Shown here one piece after another: positions 1 through 13,262 of a DNA stretch of 64,000 bases. The stretch spans positions 12,210,415 through 12,274,414 of the forward strand of contig CM082582.2 in the NCBI GenBank assembly GCA_040954595.2, read 5' to 3'. Made by a program: the position numbers and the translations under genes. The notes under the pieces were generated by a model. It was not told where the DNA came from and searched no databases. It saw nothing but the letters and a program-made list of their open reading frames with translations. Positions within the stretch are counted from its first letter, which is position 1. The number at the start of each line of letters is the position of its first letter. The stretch comes from Balanoglossus misakiensis. Taxonomy: Eukaryota > Animalia > Hemichordata.

Positions 1-1113
1 GCCGGCCCAGTCCGAGGTGAGATTGCTAGGATAAGGCTTTCTAATTCTGTGGGGAATAGTTTACACTTTTCAATCCTTTACCATGCCCCCAATTTGGTTT
101 AGGCCAACATTTTTTATCATATGTACATTTGCATATAGTGGATACACATGTCACTGTATTAAACTTGTACTCATAACTTTCTCTTTCAGAGCTCCTTGAA
201 CTTTGAGTTCTTACCCCTGAAGACCTCTGTCACCAACGCTAAGCTGCAACTGACCAGCAATGAACTTGGCCTCTACCAGTATGACCTGACCTTGACTGCA
301 ACCCCAGCTGGGCCAGAGAAAGCCGTGCATTTCAGGTGTGCACTGGGTGCCACTCAGACACTCGGTGCTAAATTACTCAACTTTGCTAAAGTCAAGACTG
401 AGTATACTTGTAAGGTAAGCTTTGCACATCCTGGTTCTGTTGGCTATCTGTCCAATTTGTTTTATATCCGGAAGTTGGATCCTGCAGACATTTGTAATAC
501 AGATGTGAATTGGATGTACAAATATCAGACTCTCTGATCTGAAGACAAGATGATTAAACTTGTGATGTATTCTTTCACAAAGTAAAGAAAACAGACAATT
601 TCACGTATTTTTGGTTTGTATGTTTTGTAGATTGATAGCAGTGAATTCCACTGTGACAAGACCGTCCCTGTGGTACCTGCTTCAAGTGGTGGAACAGAAT
701 TCAACGTGGACGTGACCTTTGAACCCTCTAAACTCGGCGAGACCAGAGCCAATCTGACAGTGAGCTCCGGACCAGGTGGTGACTACATCGTACCACTGTT
801 TGGCACCTGTATTGCCCCCAAGCCGCAAGGACCATACACCATCAAGGCAGGGTCATCGACCTCTGTTCCCTTCCGCAATGTGTTCTCTCACACCACGCAG
901 TTCACCTTCCAAGTGGACAACCCGTCGTTCTCCTGCAAGCCAGGCGAAAATATCCGAGGAAAGAAGACGCATAATATCATAGTAGGGTTTGAAGGCAACT
1001 CGGATGGTTCCAAAGCTCCTAAAATGGGCAAATTGGTGGTCACGTGTGCACGCTCTGCTGGTGGAGCCAGTAATGTGGCATGGACATTCTATCTGAAAGG
1101 AATCACTCCATAA
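1..1113 (+). CDS. HYDIN: HYDIN axonemal central-pair protein, last exons (5' part outside window)
   Basis: Exons ..16, 190-414 and 631-1113 with GT-AG borders. Spliced peptide ...SSFEFEFLPLK-like region, LGLYQYDLTLTATP, VDVTFEPSKLGE, GGDYIVPLFGTCIAPKPQGPY, ending WTFYLKGITP*, resembles the HYDIN C-terminus (recalled human end WVYYLKGITL). Confidence 0.9.
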
Positions 1114-2793
1114 GAGTTTCCACCATAACACCTCATTCTAATAACACATCAAGATATGCTTCATTCAACACTAATATAACTCAGACCCATACATGTATAT
1201 ATCCCTTTTCCGCTTGTACCTTGATTAGATATATGCATTTCAGATTGTGTTGAATGGTGCCCCTGCAAGATGCATTTCTGCTGTAAATTGCTTGTTCATT
1301 GCAAGATGTGTTGTATTACAAGTACAGTACCATTGAATCTTGTGGCTTTTCACTGTTGTGTTTCCTGTCCAATTCTCAGCTGTTATGCACTGTGTATCTA
1401 GCACTAATATCAAACACAGTGAAATATTGAGCCACAAAATTTGATTGTATTGTGCTTGTAAAATAACAAATTTGATTTGTTTTAATGCATGGATTGTACT
1501 AATGGCAGTGCCTGTAATAATTAAATAGCATGTTTACATTATTGCTTTTCTATGCTTTATAACAGTGTGTCAAGATAATGCCCCCCTCCCCTCCCCCATT
1601 TCCCCCCAGAGTATTTTTTCTCCCATCCCTCCTTTACTCATACCCTCCACGCTGCCGTCCATTTATTTAACGTTTGCTGTGTACTTAAAGTGAACCATCT
1701 TCATCATAGCATGTGTTACTTCAGCTATCCCCCGATAATTGGCATCACTTTTTTTGCAAATGATTCCAGTGCATGAATCCTGTTCAGTCTCTGTGGATGA
1801 CCATGTTTCATTAGCAGGTGGTGCGCGCACGACTCCAAAACCATGACGCGGAGTTTAAAATAAAATGGATGAACCACTGTACGAGTTGAATCCAAACTCT
1901 AGTATGGCGTGTGTGCCTTCTGCCATGAGTCAAATACAGCGCCCCCCCCCCCCCCCTTGAAAAATAGAAAAACTTATGGCAAAACCTTTCAACTGTATCT
2001 TTGTATATAAACATTGTCCATATTATTCCAAAACCATTTCTGTACTTTCTACTTTAAAAAAACATTTTCTGTCAATATCTGATATTGTAAATTTTTTAAT
2101 ATCTATGGAACCAGCTTTGTAAAAAAAATAACCAGTGTATCAATATTCCACTATTTTTATGACAATTAGATGTTGATTTGTATTGTAGTTTATTGGCATA
2201 TTACCAAGTGATTTGACATGTATTGCATGATTGTTTGACTTCGACGACAGTCAATGTCATAATTTTACATATTCGAAGTAATTGTAATTATTGCACAGCT
2301 GTTTTGTATTCTGTTTGAGTTAATAAAGCAATAAATCTGTCCTTGACATAATTTGTGTTCTTGAATTTGGTGCAATATGACAAGTGTGTGAATGCATTAT
2401 TGATGTGCGTTTTATGTACTGATGTGTAAGATACTCTATTTGCAAAACTGTAGAAACAGTAGATACTGGTGTATTTTGAAGTTTGAGATAGTTTAGTATA
2501 TCTCAGAATGAAATATTTCAGTGTGTTCACTAACAACTTTGTACTTTCTCATTTTTTCAATGAAAAAATGGGAGTCTTTGTATATCTTACGTTTTTATAC
2601 TTTATCTTCCTGGGTAAAAACTCTACTTCTATCTCTTCAAATCATGTCATCCAGTTTACAGTAAGTACTTATATGAATAACACTTCTCAAGCAGATACTT
2701 GGAGGGTAACGAAAATACTTAGGTGCTTCGGGAAACAATGAAGTGTTTGTTTTGGTAAGAAAATAGGCAATAATCCCTGAAAACAGTCTCATC

Positions 2794-2813
2794 TGTGTGT
2801 GTGTGTGTGTGTG
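2794..2813. repeat. (GT)n microsatellite
   Basis: Run of tgtgtgtg seen directly. Confidence 0.9.
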
Positions 2814-3376
2814 TTGGGAATTTAACCCTCTTAGACCCAAAATGTTTTGTATGTTACCAAAACCTGGACTGCTGGGGTTGGGATAACATTCTAAAATAGT
2901 TACCCGCATATATTTCAGTAGGTGCATATACATATGCAATTCAGATAGTGTGAGCTTTATGTAAAAAGGGCCCAGGTTCCTTATTTGGTGATATTCAACA
3001 ACAAACTGAAATAATAATGCAGGTAGTAATAATAAATACATTTTTCCAAGTAAGAACCCTGAGCCCCTTTGGCATATGTCAATACACATTGAGTATTAGT
3101 GTACAACAACTCTTGTCTTCAGTACATCTTTCTTCGTCCAACAAGAAGACTTATTCTGTGCTGTATCTATTGGCATGGCTGTCATTGCTATAGGGTTCCT
3201 CCAGCGTTTTTCCTTTGTGAACCATGATGCTGGACTTTCTCGTAAAACTGGATAAAACCAATCTTCCAGAGAAAGTTATCACTCTTCAGTTTCATCTCGC
3301 ACTGAAGCTATCGGTTACCAGTAACAACAGCTGGGCCTTGGACGGTGGGTGGATAACACTAAACTTTCAGTCACAT

Positions 3377-5688
3377 TTATGACCCATACACGTAGATTGG
3401 CCTGAAAAACGCCGCACATGATTTGATGCCACGTGTAGGCATCCATTCACGCAGTTTTTGTAACATTTCTTGGCCCCCATGAGTCCTGTCACCAAATTTG
3501 GTAAATTCATATCTCGAGACATAACTGAACTTTCCATTGGTTGTGATGCGTTTATGAAGTGTGACTGCACGTAGTCCAAATTCCTGACATACCTGTAAAA
3601 AAAACGATTAAAATATAGTTATTCCAGAGCGACCAAACACAAAGGTAATTCGCACATACTAATACAATGTTCTGATAGTAGAAGCATACAATCTTACATT
3701 CTTCAGAAAACATCTATTCAGTCAATCTCGATTTTCTATCGAATTTTTTTTTTTCGTTCTGGCTGTAAGATATCGATTTATTGGTTGCTAAAGATCAGGT
3801 ACATGTACTTTTATGATATATAGTCACTGGTTATTGTTATCCCGTTGGGGAATGTAAAGATTATTGGCCTTTATTGGAGTTTCGTTCACGTCTTTTTAAC
3901 CCTTTTTGTTCTATGACTTGTATTGAAGAAATAACGCGACAATGGAGTTAACTTTGGAAAAACGTTTGAAGAAGTACAGCGAGCGACGCTTACTGGACGC
4001 AATTCTAAGACGGTCACGTGACCGAAACGCGCATCCTACAGCTAATCCTCTCGTTCACGTCATTTTTTAACCCTTTTTGTTCTGTTTTTCTCTTAACATT
4101 TGTGTTACTTCAATCTACTATCGTTTAATATAATGTGTATAGCAATCGTTGCTCGTATCGAAAGTTTTAAAAATATATATTTAGCGTTGAAAACAATTTT
4201 TTTCCGATGTTTTGATATTGGACTCGAAACAAAATGGTGACGTACAGAAGTCATTAAGTACAGTGCGGTAATCGGTCTTTTCAATGCTCTTGGGTACAAT
4301 ATTTCATCCATTGACCTGTGCGAGCTTCGTTTACATCATTTTGAAGGACTTTTCATGAATTGCAATGTATAAGTATTCGGTGTTTTTTTTGCGTTACGTA
4401 CCTTTTGTCGGCGCACGCATTCCATTCCTGACCAAGTCCTCCACGTTTTCTCAATATCAACTTTTTCTAAACAATCTTCGATTTGCGACCAGACTATGAG
4501 ATAGACAGTAGTCTCTGTCAATGGAGTCTTCGGCAATGGTTTGATGTGGCTATTTGCAATCACACGCCTTTCGACGAAACCAGCTGAATGAGAGAAAAAG
4601 TAAAGTTAGTTCGTATTTGCTCCAGTGTGACGTCATGATAAATTGTCTGCTTTCGGTTTTTAATCTGATTCTTCAAATTCTAAAGTGCGATTAATATTGG
4701 TCGAATTTTCCACGTAGCATTTTCCATGAGCGATGGACAAACGCCAAAATACAAATTTATTTTTGAAAACGTGCACTTTTAAATAAACTAATCATATTTA
4801 CTCCTACAAAAAGCCATGTCAGAAGATTTTGAATGATGCCCTTGTAAACTTACCCTGGTGATTGATGACCTCTCGACCTTGACCTTCCAGGACTACGTCA
4901 CTCCAGGTAGCATCATGTAAAAACCTCCCTTGTTGCTCGTATGTATTAAATACGGCGTAGTTAAAATAAATATATTTCCCTAAAACAAAATAATAAAATT
5001 TTGCAAACGAGGTACGTTTGGCGATAAAAAAAATAGCTTCTCAGATTCTGCAGATCTGACGACGCTGTCACACCTCTTGATGATAAGTTTTCCCACGCAC
5101 AGTAGGTTTGTTCATAGACTGTCTATGGTTTGTTTGCATTCGCTCACTTATCTACATCCATGGATAACACTTTATAGCCGCTGCGCCTATTGTTTCCGAT
5201 CCTATTTTAAATGGTCGCGTTTTTGTCCTTTGCGAATTGTTTTTAAAGACGTTACGTATGTTAACAACACGTCTCTTCTGGCTAATTAGGTGCTCAACAA
5301 GTCTTCACTTGCTCGTCAACTGTGGTACGCGATAATATAGTCTGTATTTACAATCCTGAGCACATATGGTCAACATATTGTATCTATATATAGAAACCTA
5401 TATTAGTGTATTGATACAATCGCAGTACTTCAAACACTGCTGACGGACTACGGCCGACACAAGTATTTGCGCAAAACACAATGCGTTAAATTTCATTGTG
5501 AACTCACCATCGTCTTCAAGGTTCCTGCAAAGAATTCCCGAAATAAACTGTTTGTGTGCTTTCAATGCCTGCGTTGTCCGTTTAAATCTCCGTTCGAATG
5601 ACTTCAATTCGTTTGTCCCTGGTCTGACTCTCTCGTAGAATCCCATGGCAATAAAAAGCTTCAGTTTCATCCGACATGGCTTGTCCAT
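3377..5688 (-). CDS. Uncharacterised 234-aa protein, 4 coding exons, possibly DUF7153-like
   Basis: Exons 5688-5508, 4979-4854, 4583-4402 and 3592-3377 all have canonical GT/AG ends and compatible phases (1,1,0). They give one open frame: MDKPCRMKLKLFIAMGFYERV...GILCRNLEDDGKYIYFNYAVFN...NHQAGFVERR...IEKTWRTWSGMECVRRQKVCQEFGLRAVTLHKRITTNGKFSYVSRYEF...AAFFRPIYVYGS*. The family assignment is from memory of WxxWSG and F-x-Y-V motifs only. Confidence 0.8.
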
Positions 5689-6541
5689 CACCACAGTGTC
5701 CCACAGTCAGTCTGAAGAATTCGTATAGAAGTGAATAATTATTAACTTGTTTGAATACATGTTGCATGCATGGTTGTATGTCTACATAGTTACTGTCAGA
5801 TTCATTCGAATATATCACGTGAATGAAACAGCGTCATAACAAACATTGGGTTGACATTTTCGTGATCTATAGTTTGCATGCGTCGCCGATATGGGGCAAA
5901 TGTTACACCAGGTGTACAAAGGTTCCTGTCTCTGTTCGTCATTGACTTTAATACTCCAGAAAGGAATGCTTCAATCAGTTTTAAACTGATTCAATGTAGT
6001 AAATTCCTGACTACCATCACCTGAGTGGATGGACGTTCTTGGATATTTTTTACAATGTCAAATCTTATTACTAGCAGTATTGGGTGGGGTGGCACCGACG
6101 TCTCTAATACGTGACCGTTACGGTTCAGAAAATGGGGGTACTTGTTTTGGCAATTCGGGCGTTTTCTTTTATAGTAGCGTCTGTTATATAGGTTACATCG
6201 ACTGGGTCGTTCAACCTCGATTCGCCTTTGTCTCAATGAATCGTTAAATTTGGGTTGTTTACGGCGAAGAAACTTGCCGGCGTCGTGACTTGACTTTCAA
6301 AATTGCCAACTTTCAGCATTTGTCAATAAAACCTGTTGATTTTCAAAGCTAAGAGTACTAGTAGATATGACTAATAAGATTCAAGTCAATGGATAAGCAT
6401 AATGGAACCGTAAATCTGCCAGAGTTAACGTCTAGACACTTCAATGAAATTTTAGCGCGTACACGCCAATAATAAAAGTGTTGTTTGGGCTTTGGACTTC
6501 TGAATGTCGGACCAATGCATCATTTATTCGACAGAGTGCAC

Positions 6542-6555
6542 GTTACCATAGCAAC
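6542..6555. promoter_or_regulatory. RFX X-box-like palindrome
   Basis: GTTACCATAGCAAC matches the RFX consensus GTTNCCATRGNAAC. Confidence 0.5.
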
Positions 6556-8996
6556 CAAGACCCGTTGACTTCCAATCTTTACTTTGGAGTGAAATGACAT
6601 TGTTTACCATAGACGGTAGGCCTACTCGGTATTCATATATTCAATTGCATTGTCAACGACAAAAAAACGCACAGTCAGAACATCTCATACCACCTCTCTC
6701 GTCTTATGTCGAATTAAGACATCCGGGCACTGAATACAAACTGAACTGAAATATCCGTTGGTGTATGCTTAAGTTGCTGTCAATGCAACGTTCTTATGGA
6801 CAACTGAAGTAAAATACCCGAAACTGAAAGAGCCACCATTGCATTAGTGGACCAGGAAGTTGTCATGAGATAAATATATCGAATGCGACAAAAAAAGAAA
6901 GTGCGGAAAAGTCTGAAAGCTTGCTCGTATGATTGACCAACCTCCGGATATGCAATGTCCGTTGGATGTTGTTACCATTCCCGAGTTTATTCCTCAAACT
7001 GACATCGATCCTCGAGCTCCTTAAATGCAAACAGCACTGGTGACCCCCGTTTTTATGACATATTACGCGCAATAAATCGTAAGAGCAAGGTCCTTCTCTT
7101 TTCAGGTTTGAAACCAACCGAAGAGCCCGGGCTGCATGTACATTCATGAATGTTTACGATCATACATAAAGGGCTTGTCATTAATGAAAAACTAGGTTGG
7201 CACTTCAAGTTGATTCACGTCCATCTAATGACTAGTATTGGTAGGCCTAAACAGTAATCGTGGTGATGGGCCAGTGTTTATAATACCGAGTCACTACTGA
7301 CATGGCCTGCATAGACAAATCTTCTTTGCAAGTTAAATTACTTTCCCAGGGGTCGTTTTTAGTATTAGACTGGAAGTTGCCGGTCAATGATTTCAAGGCT
7401 ACTTTAGGAATAATATTATTGTCCGTGTTGTTGTGACCATTATGTTAATATCGACGGACACACCCACCTGTTGCCCCTCTTTCTGTGTTGGGGGTCGATG
7501 TGAGGGAGAATCACCCAAACCTGGGTTCTTCAGTGGTGAAGATTGTGAAATTGTGGAAGAAATTACCCGTCCGCGGAGTTCGTGGAAAAACTAAGCATAA
7601 TTATAATTGCCTTCCGCTTTACACAAAACTCGTCTGTAAATACATTAAATGTCAATGGAGACACGTATCCGGTATGAACCGAGATGTAATATTAAAGGGT
7701 TGTACACTTTCGAGACTTCCTTCTGCATGTACTGCTGCTGTAACTGCGACGCCAGGCATAGCTTAAAGTGGTACATTCGAAGGATATACTCGGCCTGCAA
7801 AATTGCCACTACCGAGGGACATAATACACATACCCTACAAAAGACCTCGAAGGTTTCTTAATGCGTCTGGACTAAGGCTTGTATATCCAATGCAAGTGTG
7901 GTTTATGTCGACACGCCCATTTTCCCAATGCAATGCGTGTGAAACTGACAACAAATTTGGTGCAAATTGTCCCCATTTTCTTACCTTGCCAAGAAAGTGT
8001 GTCTGCATCAACTGGACCAAACTTAACCTTTCCACAAACTCACATTCCCAAGTCAATGCATAAATTCACTGTAACGATGTGCATGAACTGGCTATGTCGT
8101 CCGACAGTCGCACGTTGCGGGTCATTTGCATTCATTACATAACCATGTATAACAACATGTATAGTGGCTGGACATCTGAATATAGCGGTAGCCGCAGCGA
8201 CCCCTGACCTCAAGGGTCCGGACAACGACCCCCGACCCTGTTTCTGTTTTGTAGTATAAAGCACTGGTATGCTTATATAGCATCAAGGACACTGTGCTCC
8301 CATTTGATCAAAATTGGCACGTATCAGTTACATTCATACTAATATTGATTAATTTCCAACATAAACCCTTGACATAACTTTGACATTAGACATATAATTT
8401 ATTGGATATTAACTGATAAATAATTCTGATGAAGAACATTTCTAGAGTCCTGCAAACCGTAGTGCAAATCAACATGATAAGCAGTTTCTGTAAACTTGAT
8501 TTCTTTTATACCATAAATGACAAAAATCGCCCAAAAGATGATAATTTTACTCTTTTGTCAATATTTTTATTCACTTTATAATATGTACACATCAAGGGTT
8601 CTACAAACGAAATTTTGTGAAAGTTCTAGAGCCACTAAGTTTAGGATGTTGTCATCTGTCATAAAAATCATGACTTGCTAAGGAGGGTGGGGGCTTTACA
8701 ATAAGGTTTGGCTTTATTTAGCCAAAATGCTAAACTCGATTACCTTAATAAATACATGTACTATACTACACATTCATGCTACAATTTAGTACAAACGTAT
8801 TTCCGTGGAGTGCGCCCCCAACGACAGCTTTTACGGAATACCAAATTTCGTCAGTATCTTAAATCAGCAATGACTTGACAGACTTTTGGCAGTAGTGATG
8901 GCAGAACCACAGGATGAATTGATGAAATGAAATAGCGAATGCAGACACTCTCTTCGTTCTACCAATCACAAAGGATGTCCATCATACTCTTCCTCT

Positions 8997-11900
8997 TCAA
9001 TTCATCATGATAAAATTAGTCTTGCAATGAACTGTGTGCAAAGAAGATGACAAGATAATCGCAAGGTTAGAACTGGTGATTGACACAGCCAGATAGAAAC
9101 ATGCAGTTAATTGTCCAATTCTGTCTACTATACTTCTAAGATAACAATGACCACAATGATGTAAAAACACTGGTTTAACATTTCACACAAAACTCACCAA
9201 TAAAATCTGACACTGGATCTTTTCCATCGTCACTCCGTAGAGTTCCTGTGATGTCTTCATTTTCAATGATTGGTAAAAATAACTGCACAAACTCTGAAGT
9301 GTATGGTGACGATATCATGTCAAGAACCTACAAACAGCACATAATGAAACATCTCAAGACATCATATCACAATATCACTTTCTGTACAAACACCTCCGTA
9401 CACAAACCTGACTATGTCAGAACTGGTATTGAATTCTCGTGAAAAACCAACAACTGCAGTAAAACTCACCTCTGTAACAAAATGTCTTATAAGTGAGATA
9501 TCTGTATCTTGTCTATCGATACATTTCTTGATGTACTGTACAATCGGTACCACATAGTTTCTACTCAACAGATGTACCATTCTGTCAAGTAAAGTCTTCT
9601 TCAGTTCTAACTGTGACAGAAAAAAGACAATCAAGAAATTAGATCATAGATGGTGACTTCCTTCAAGACTTACTTGGGTATGTGCTGAGTGTAATATTCA
9701 CTCACTTTCTGTAAGTATGTCTCTTCAACATACAAAGCACAAACACCATACACCCACACTGATTTGTTGTACATATTTGTCCCCAGGTTATCTTGGCAGT
9801 TGTCACTCACCTGAACTAAAACATCTAACTCTGGATAGACTTTTTCAAATAAGCCTATGAGTAACTGAAGCACACTGGAATGATAGAGGGGATGGCAGTT
9901 ACTGATCTGTGAAGAGATAAAATGTGTAGAGAAGATGTCAGTCAATATCTAACATTGAAGACAGAGGATGAGTCACCTTGTTTATTGATACTGTGTGTGT
10001 GATTTGTGAGGACGAACAAAACAAGGAATTCCTTGACTCTCACTACACACCTCATCCAGTAATGCCAGATGTACTGGAGTATGGTCTGTCATTCTTTGGA
10101 AATAGCTCGGATCTGACACGGTCTGTTCTACCCAGAATAATACACCCACTGCAACCAGGGGATACCTACGGGAATTAAAACAATACATGTAATTCTTATT
10201 AGTAATCTAGATGTGATGGATGGTGGATCTCTTAGCTGGGCCCATTTCATTAGATATCTGTTTATCTGCCGTATGCTGAATGGCACTTCGTCAATTGTAT
10301 GTCATGTACAAAGTAGTTTTACTTTTGGATATGACTTACCTGATGCACTGATAAAGAACTTGTATTTCGGCTGTCAATTCCGTAGCACCTTTCCTTTCAT
10401 TGGAACATATATTATGAACCCTTTCTATCGCCTGTGAGGTTGCCTTCACTTCATCTTTGTTGATTGATAGTCTACGACCCTGTCAATAAAAACAAATAAT
10501 CAATGGTACGAACCGTGAGTGTACATTCACCTGATCTTGTATAGGAGCAATTTCTTTCATCAAAGGCATAATTTAGACATGGTGGTACCTACCTGTTGCC
10601 AAGACTCGTGTACACTAACGGCATATGCTAATACATAGATATATTTATGCTTGTGTTCTGTGTGAATCTTTGCACCAGGTTTAAAGAAGGTTTGTATAAA
10701 TATTTCCAAGAGTTGTGGAATTCTGATTAGTTCTACGGGAGGTGGGTCTGGACTGCTGTACATCTTGAATAACTGTGGGGAAAAAAGAAAACAGGTATGG
10801 CTGTATTAGATTGGTTTTTGTGCATCAATTTCAATCTAAGATATTATTAAATAATGAATATCATTACACAGGTATTCCTAGCAGGGGCAAGAATACACAT
10901 ACTCACCACAGAAATATCAGCTGGGTTGAGGGCATTTCTTGATAACATGGCTGCAATGGCCTGACACGCTCTTGGGTAAGATGCGGCACTGGTCAATGCC
11001 AGGCCTATGCCACTCACTTCATAACCTCTGTCATATACAAGAAATTGTCAGTGAAAAACAAGACAACGTTTGTTGAACAAGTTGGTTTTGCTAAGTTTGC
11101 TAAAATCTTCAACATTTTATGATTACATCAACATGGTAACCAGAAGCAAGACTGTTATTAGACCACGAACACAAGAAGATTCTGACTGACCTTGCCATAG
11201 CAGATTTCTGAAGTTCTTCTGTTACTCGTCTAATGACAGATCCAGCATGTTGGTCTAATCCCAACACTTGAAGTAACGTCTGACAGAACAAGTATGTATG
11301 CTCCCCATGACACACCATTTTCTGCCAGAGATGAGAAACAGGCATTCATCAACAGATGAAAAACAGAGCCTCATTAAAAGTTAAGTTAACCCAGTAAGGT
11401 TTAACTCTTTCAATCACAATTGCAATGACTTTGCTGTTGTACAAAGAAATGATCTTAACACTCACTGTAAATTCTGGTAGTTGTTTCTCAAATTCTTCAC
11501 TACCTTCAAGCAACTTGGACACAGATGTTCTTAAAACTCGGGAGAAGATTTCAACTTGGTGACACGCTGTAGAAATGTTAGCTATTTCGCCTTGAAAACC
11601 GGCATCAGAAATCAGCTGTCAAACAGGGAAAATATAACAGTGTGAGTAAATGATCTTGTAATAATTCTTTCAATATATGCAACAGTATATGACAGAACAG
11701 TAGTATGCACATTTCCTGAAAACATAAGCCTGACTGGCTTTGGTACTTGTGAAGATTTTTCTGAGATATGGAATGAGAAAACTTACCTTGATCGTAAAAT
11801 TTAACATCAGACAGTCTGGGTATTCTTCTGCTAGTTTATAAAAGAGTGCTCTCCATGTTGAATGCTGAATCATGTTTTCAAGCCACGCTGGAGTCTATCA

Positions 11901-12959
11901 CATGATGAAATACAGGAAACACAATTATATGACCGTTAAGCATTTTTTAGCAAGCATGGTAAGTGAGTAAATACCCAAATTGACCAATCTCAAAGAATTG
12001 CTCAATCTCATGTACTACATGCTATGTTTGAATTCTGTCTGTCTACTCTTTTTTAAATCTATCCTACCTCTCCTTCATCACTGAATATAGAGTCAGCTTT
12101 CTTTGGATCAAAGTGTTTCAGAATCAAAGTCTTCATGTGATTTTCTACCATCTGTTGCACCTCTGCAGCATTCACACCTGAAATTATTTTTAATTTTAAA
12201 CAATAGCATCATTTGTGCGTTATATCACAAGTGAACAAGTGACAATTTAATACTTTCAGTAGCAATTACCTGTTGAAATGAGCCACTCTGCAAACAGATT
12301 CACAGTCTGAGCCACAGCCGTGTAATTTTCTGACAGAAGTTCAACGACCTGTTCTGGAGCACCACCAGCTCTGAAATACCTGATGAGGAGATAAAAAAAA
12401 TCTCTCTTGCATGAAGTCATTAGCCCGGCGGTATATTGTCATGCCATACACATTAGCAATCAAAAACGATGACACATCATTTCTCACCAAAATGCTATAG
12501 AACCACTTTTGTTACCCTAGATACATCCACTAACATAGCTTACATTTGAAGATCTTTGAAGACACCGGGTTCCATGATGTAATCTTTGCTGGAGAAATTT
12601 TCCAAGCATTCTTGTTGAATTGTTGAATCATCTTGTTCTGGCTCTTCCATAAAGTGTCCTGAATTCTGCATGAAAAATGCAAACTCAGCTAGTTAGACAA
12701 GATATTTTGCCCTTGCAGGAGCATAGGTCGTACAAGTGGTGCATCATTTTATTTGTCCAACTGTGTACATGGTTCATCACAGTGGTGTCAATGTCAGACT
12801 GAAATACACATGTGTGATTCAATCATATTGTAAACAAAGGTTGTACAGTGGAGGAGTTAACGTTAAATAGCAATGATATTCGAGAATTCAACTTAACATT
12901 TTTCATCTTACCGACAGTTCGTCATCCCAACCTCCATATTCTGCGTCGTAGTCGTCCAT
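8997..12959 (-). CDS. NELFCD: Negative elongation factor C/D (TH1L), multi-exon
   Basis: ATG at 12959 ([16 protein letters not shown]). Exons encode [78 protein letters not shown] and [16 protein letters not shown], ending [10 protein letters not shown] (TGA 8999-8997). Confidence 0.95.
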
Positions 12960-13262
12960 ACTGTCACTATTGGTTCGAATAAAGTAAATATCTGCAGAAA
13001 AACCAAAGCTAGCGCCACTTCTTCATGACTGTAAATTTACTTCCGGGTTCAGGGTTCATAGTTACCCAATCAAACCTTAGTTTACAAATTGCTTACAGTA
13101 CCGACGATCCTCAACAGCTTTACTGATTGGTTGATTTTTTGAATAGCGCCCGCTTGACACCCGAAACGTACGCTTGGCGTCGTGGTTGCCACACTGAAGC
13201 CAACCTAAGATAGACCTATACCTTTTTTATCTGTACAATCCGCCGTCAAACAGGTTGCAATC
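12960..13262. promoter_or_regulatory. Bidirectional promoter NELFCD/SNRPB
   Basis: About 300 bp between divergent ATGs. Contains an ETS-type ACTTCCGG (~13039) and CCAAT boxes in both orientations (~13066, ~13125). Confidence 0.7.

Noticed and set aside
2637-3089. 150-aa minus-strand ORF
   Set aside because: Runs through a (GT)n microsatellite in the probable 3' UTR of the 234-aa gene and has no recognisable motif.
3367-3579. 70-aa Cys-rich ORF in the track
   Set aside because: Wrong frame: the splice phase from the upstream exon selects the VCQEFGLR frame.
5991-8264. Multiple short ORFs in the gap before NELFCD
   Set aside because: No family motifs and no consistent exon chain could be built.
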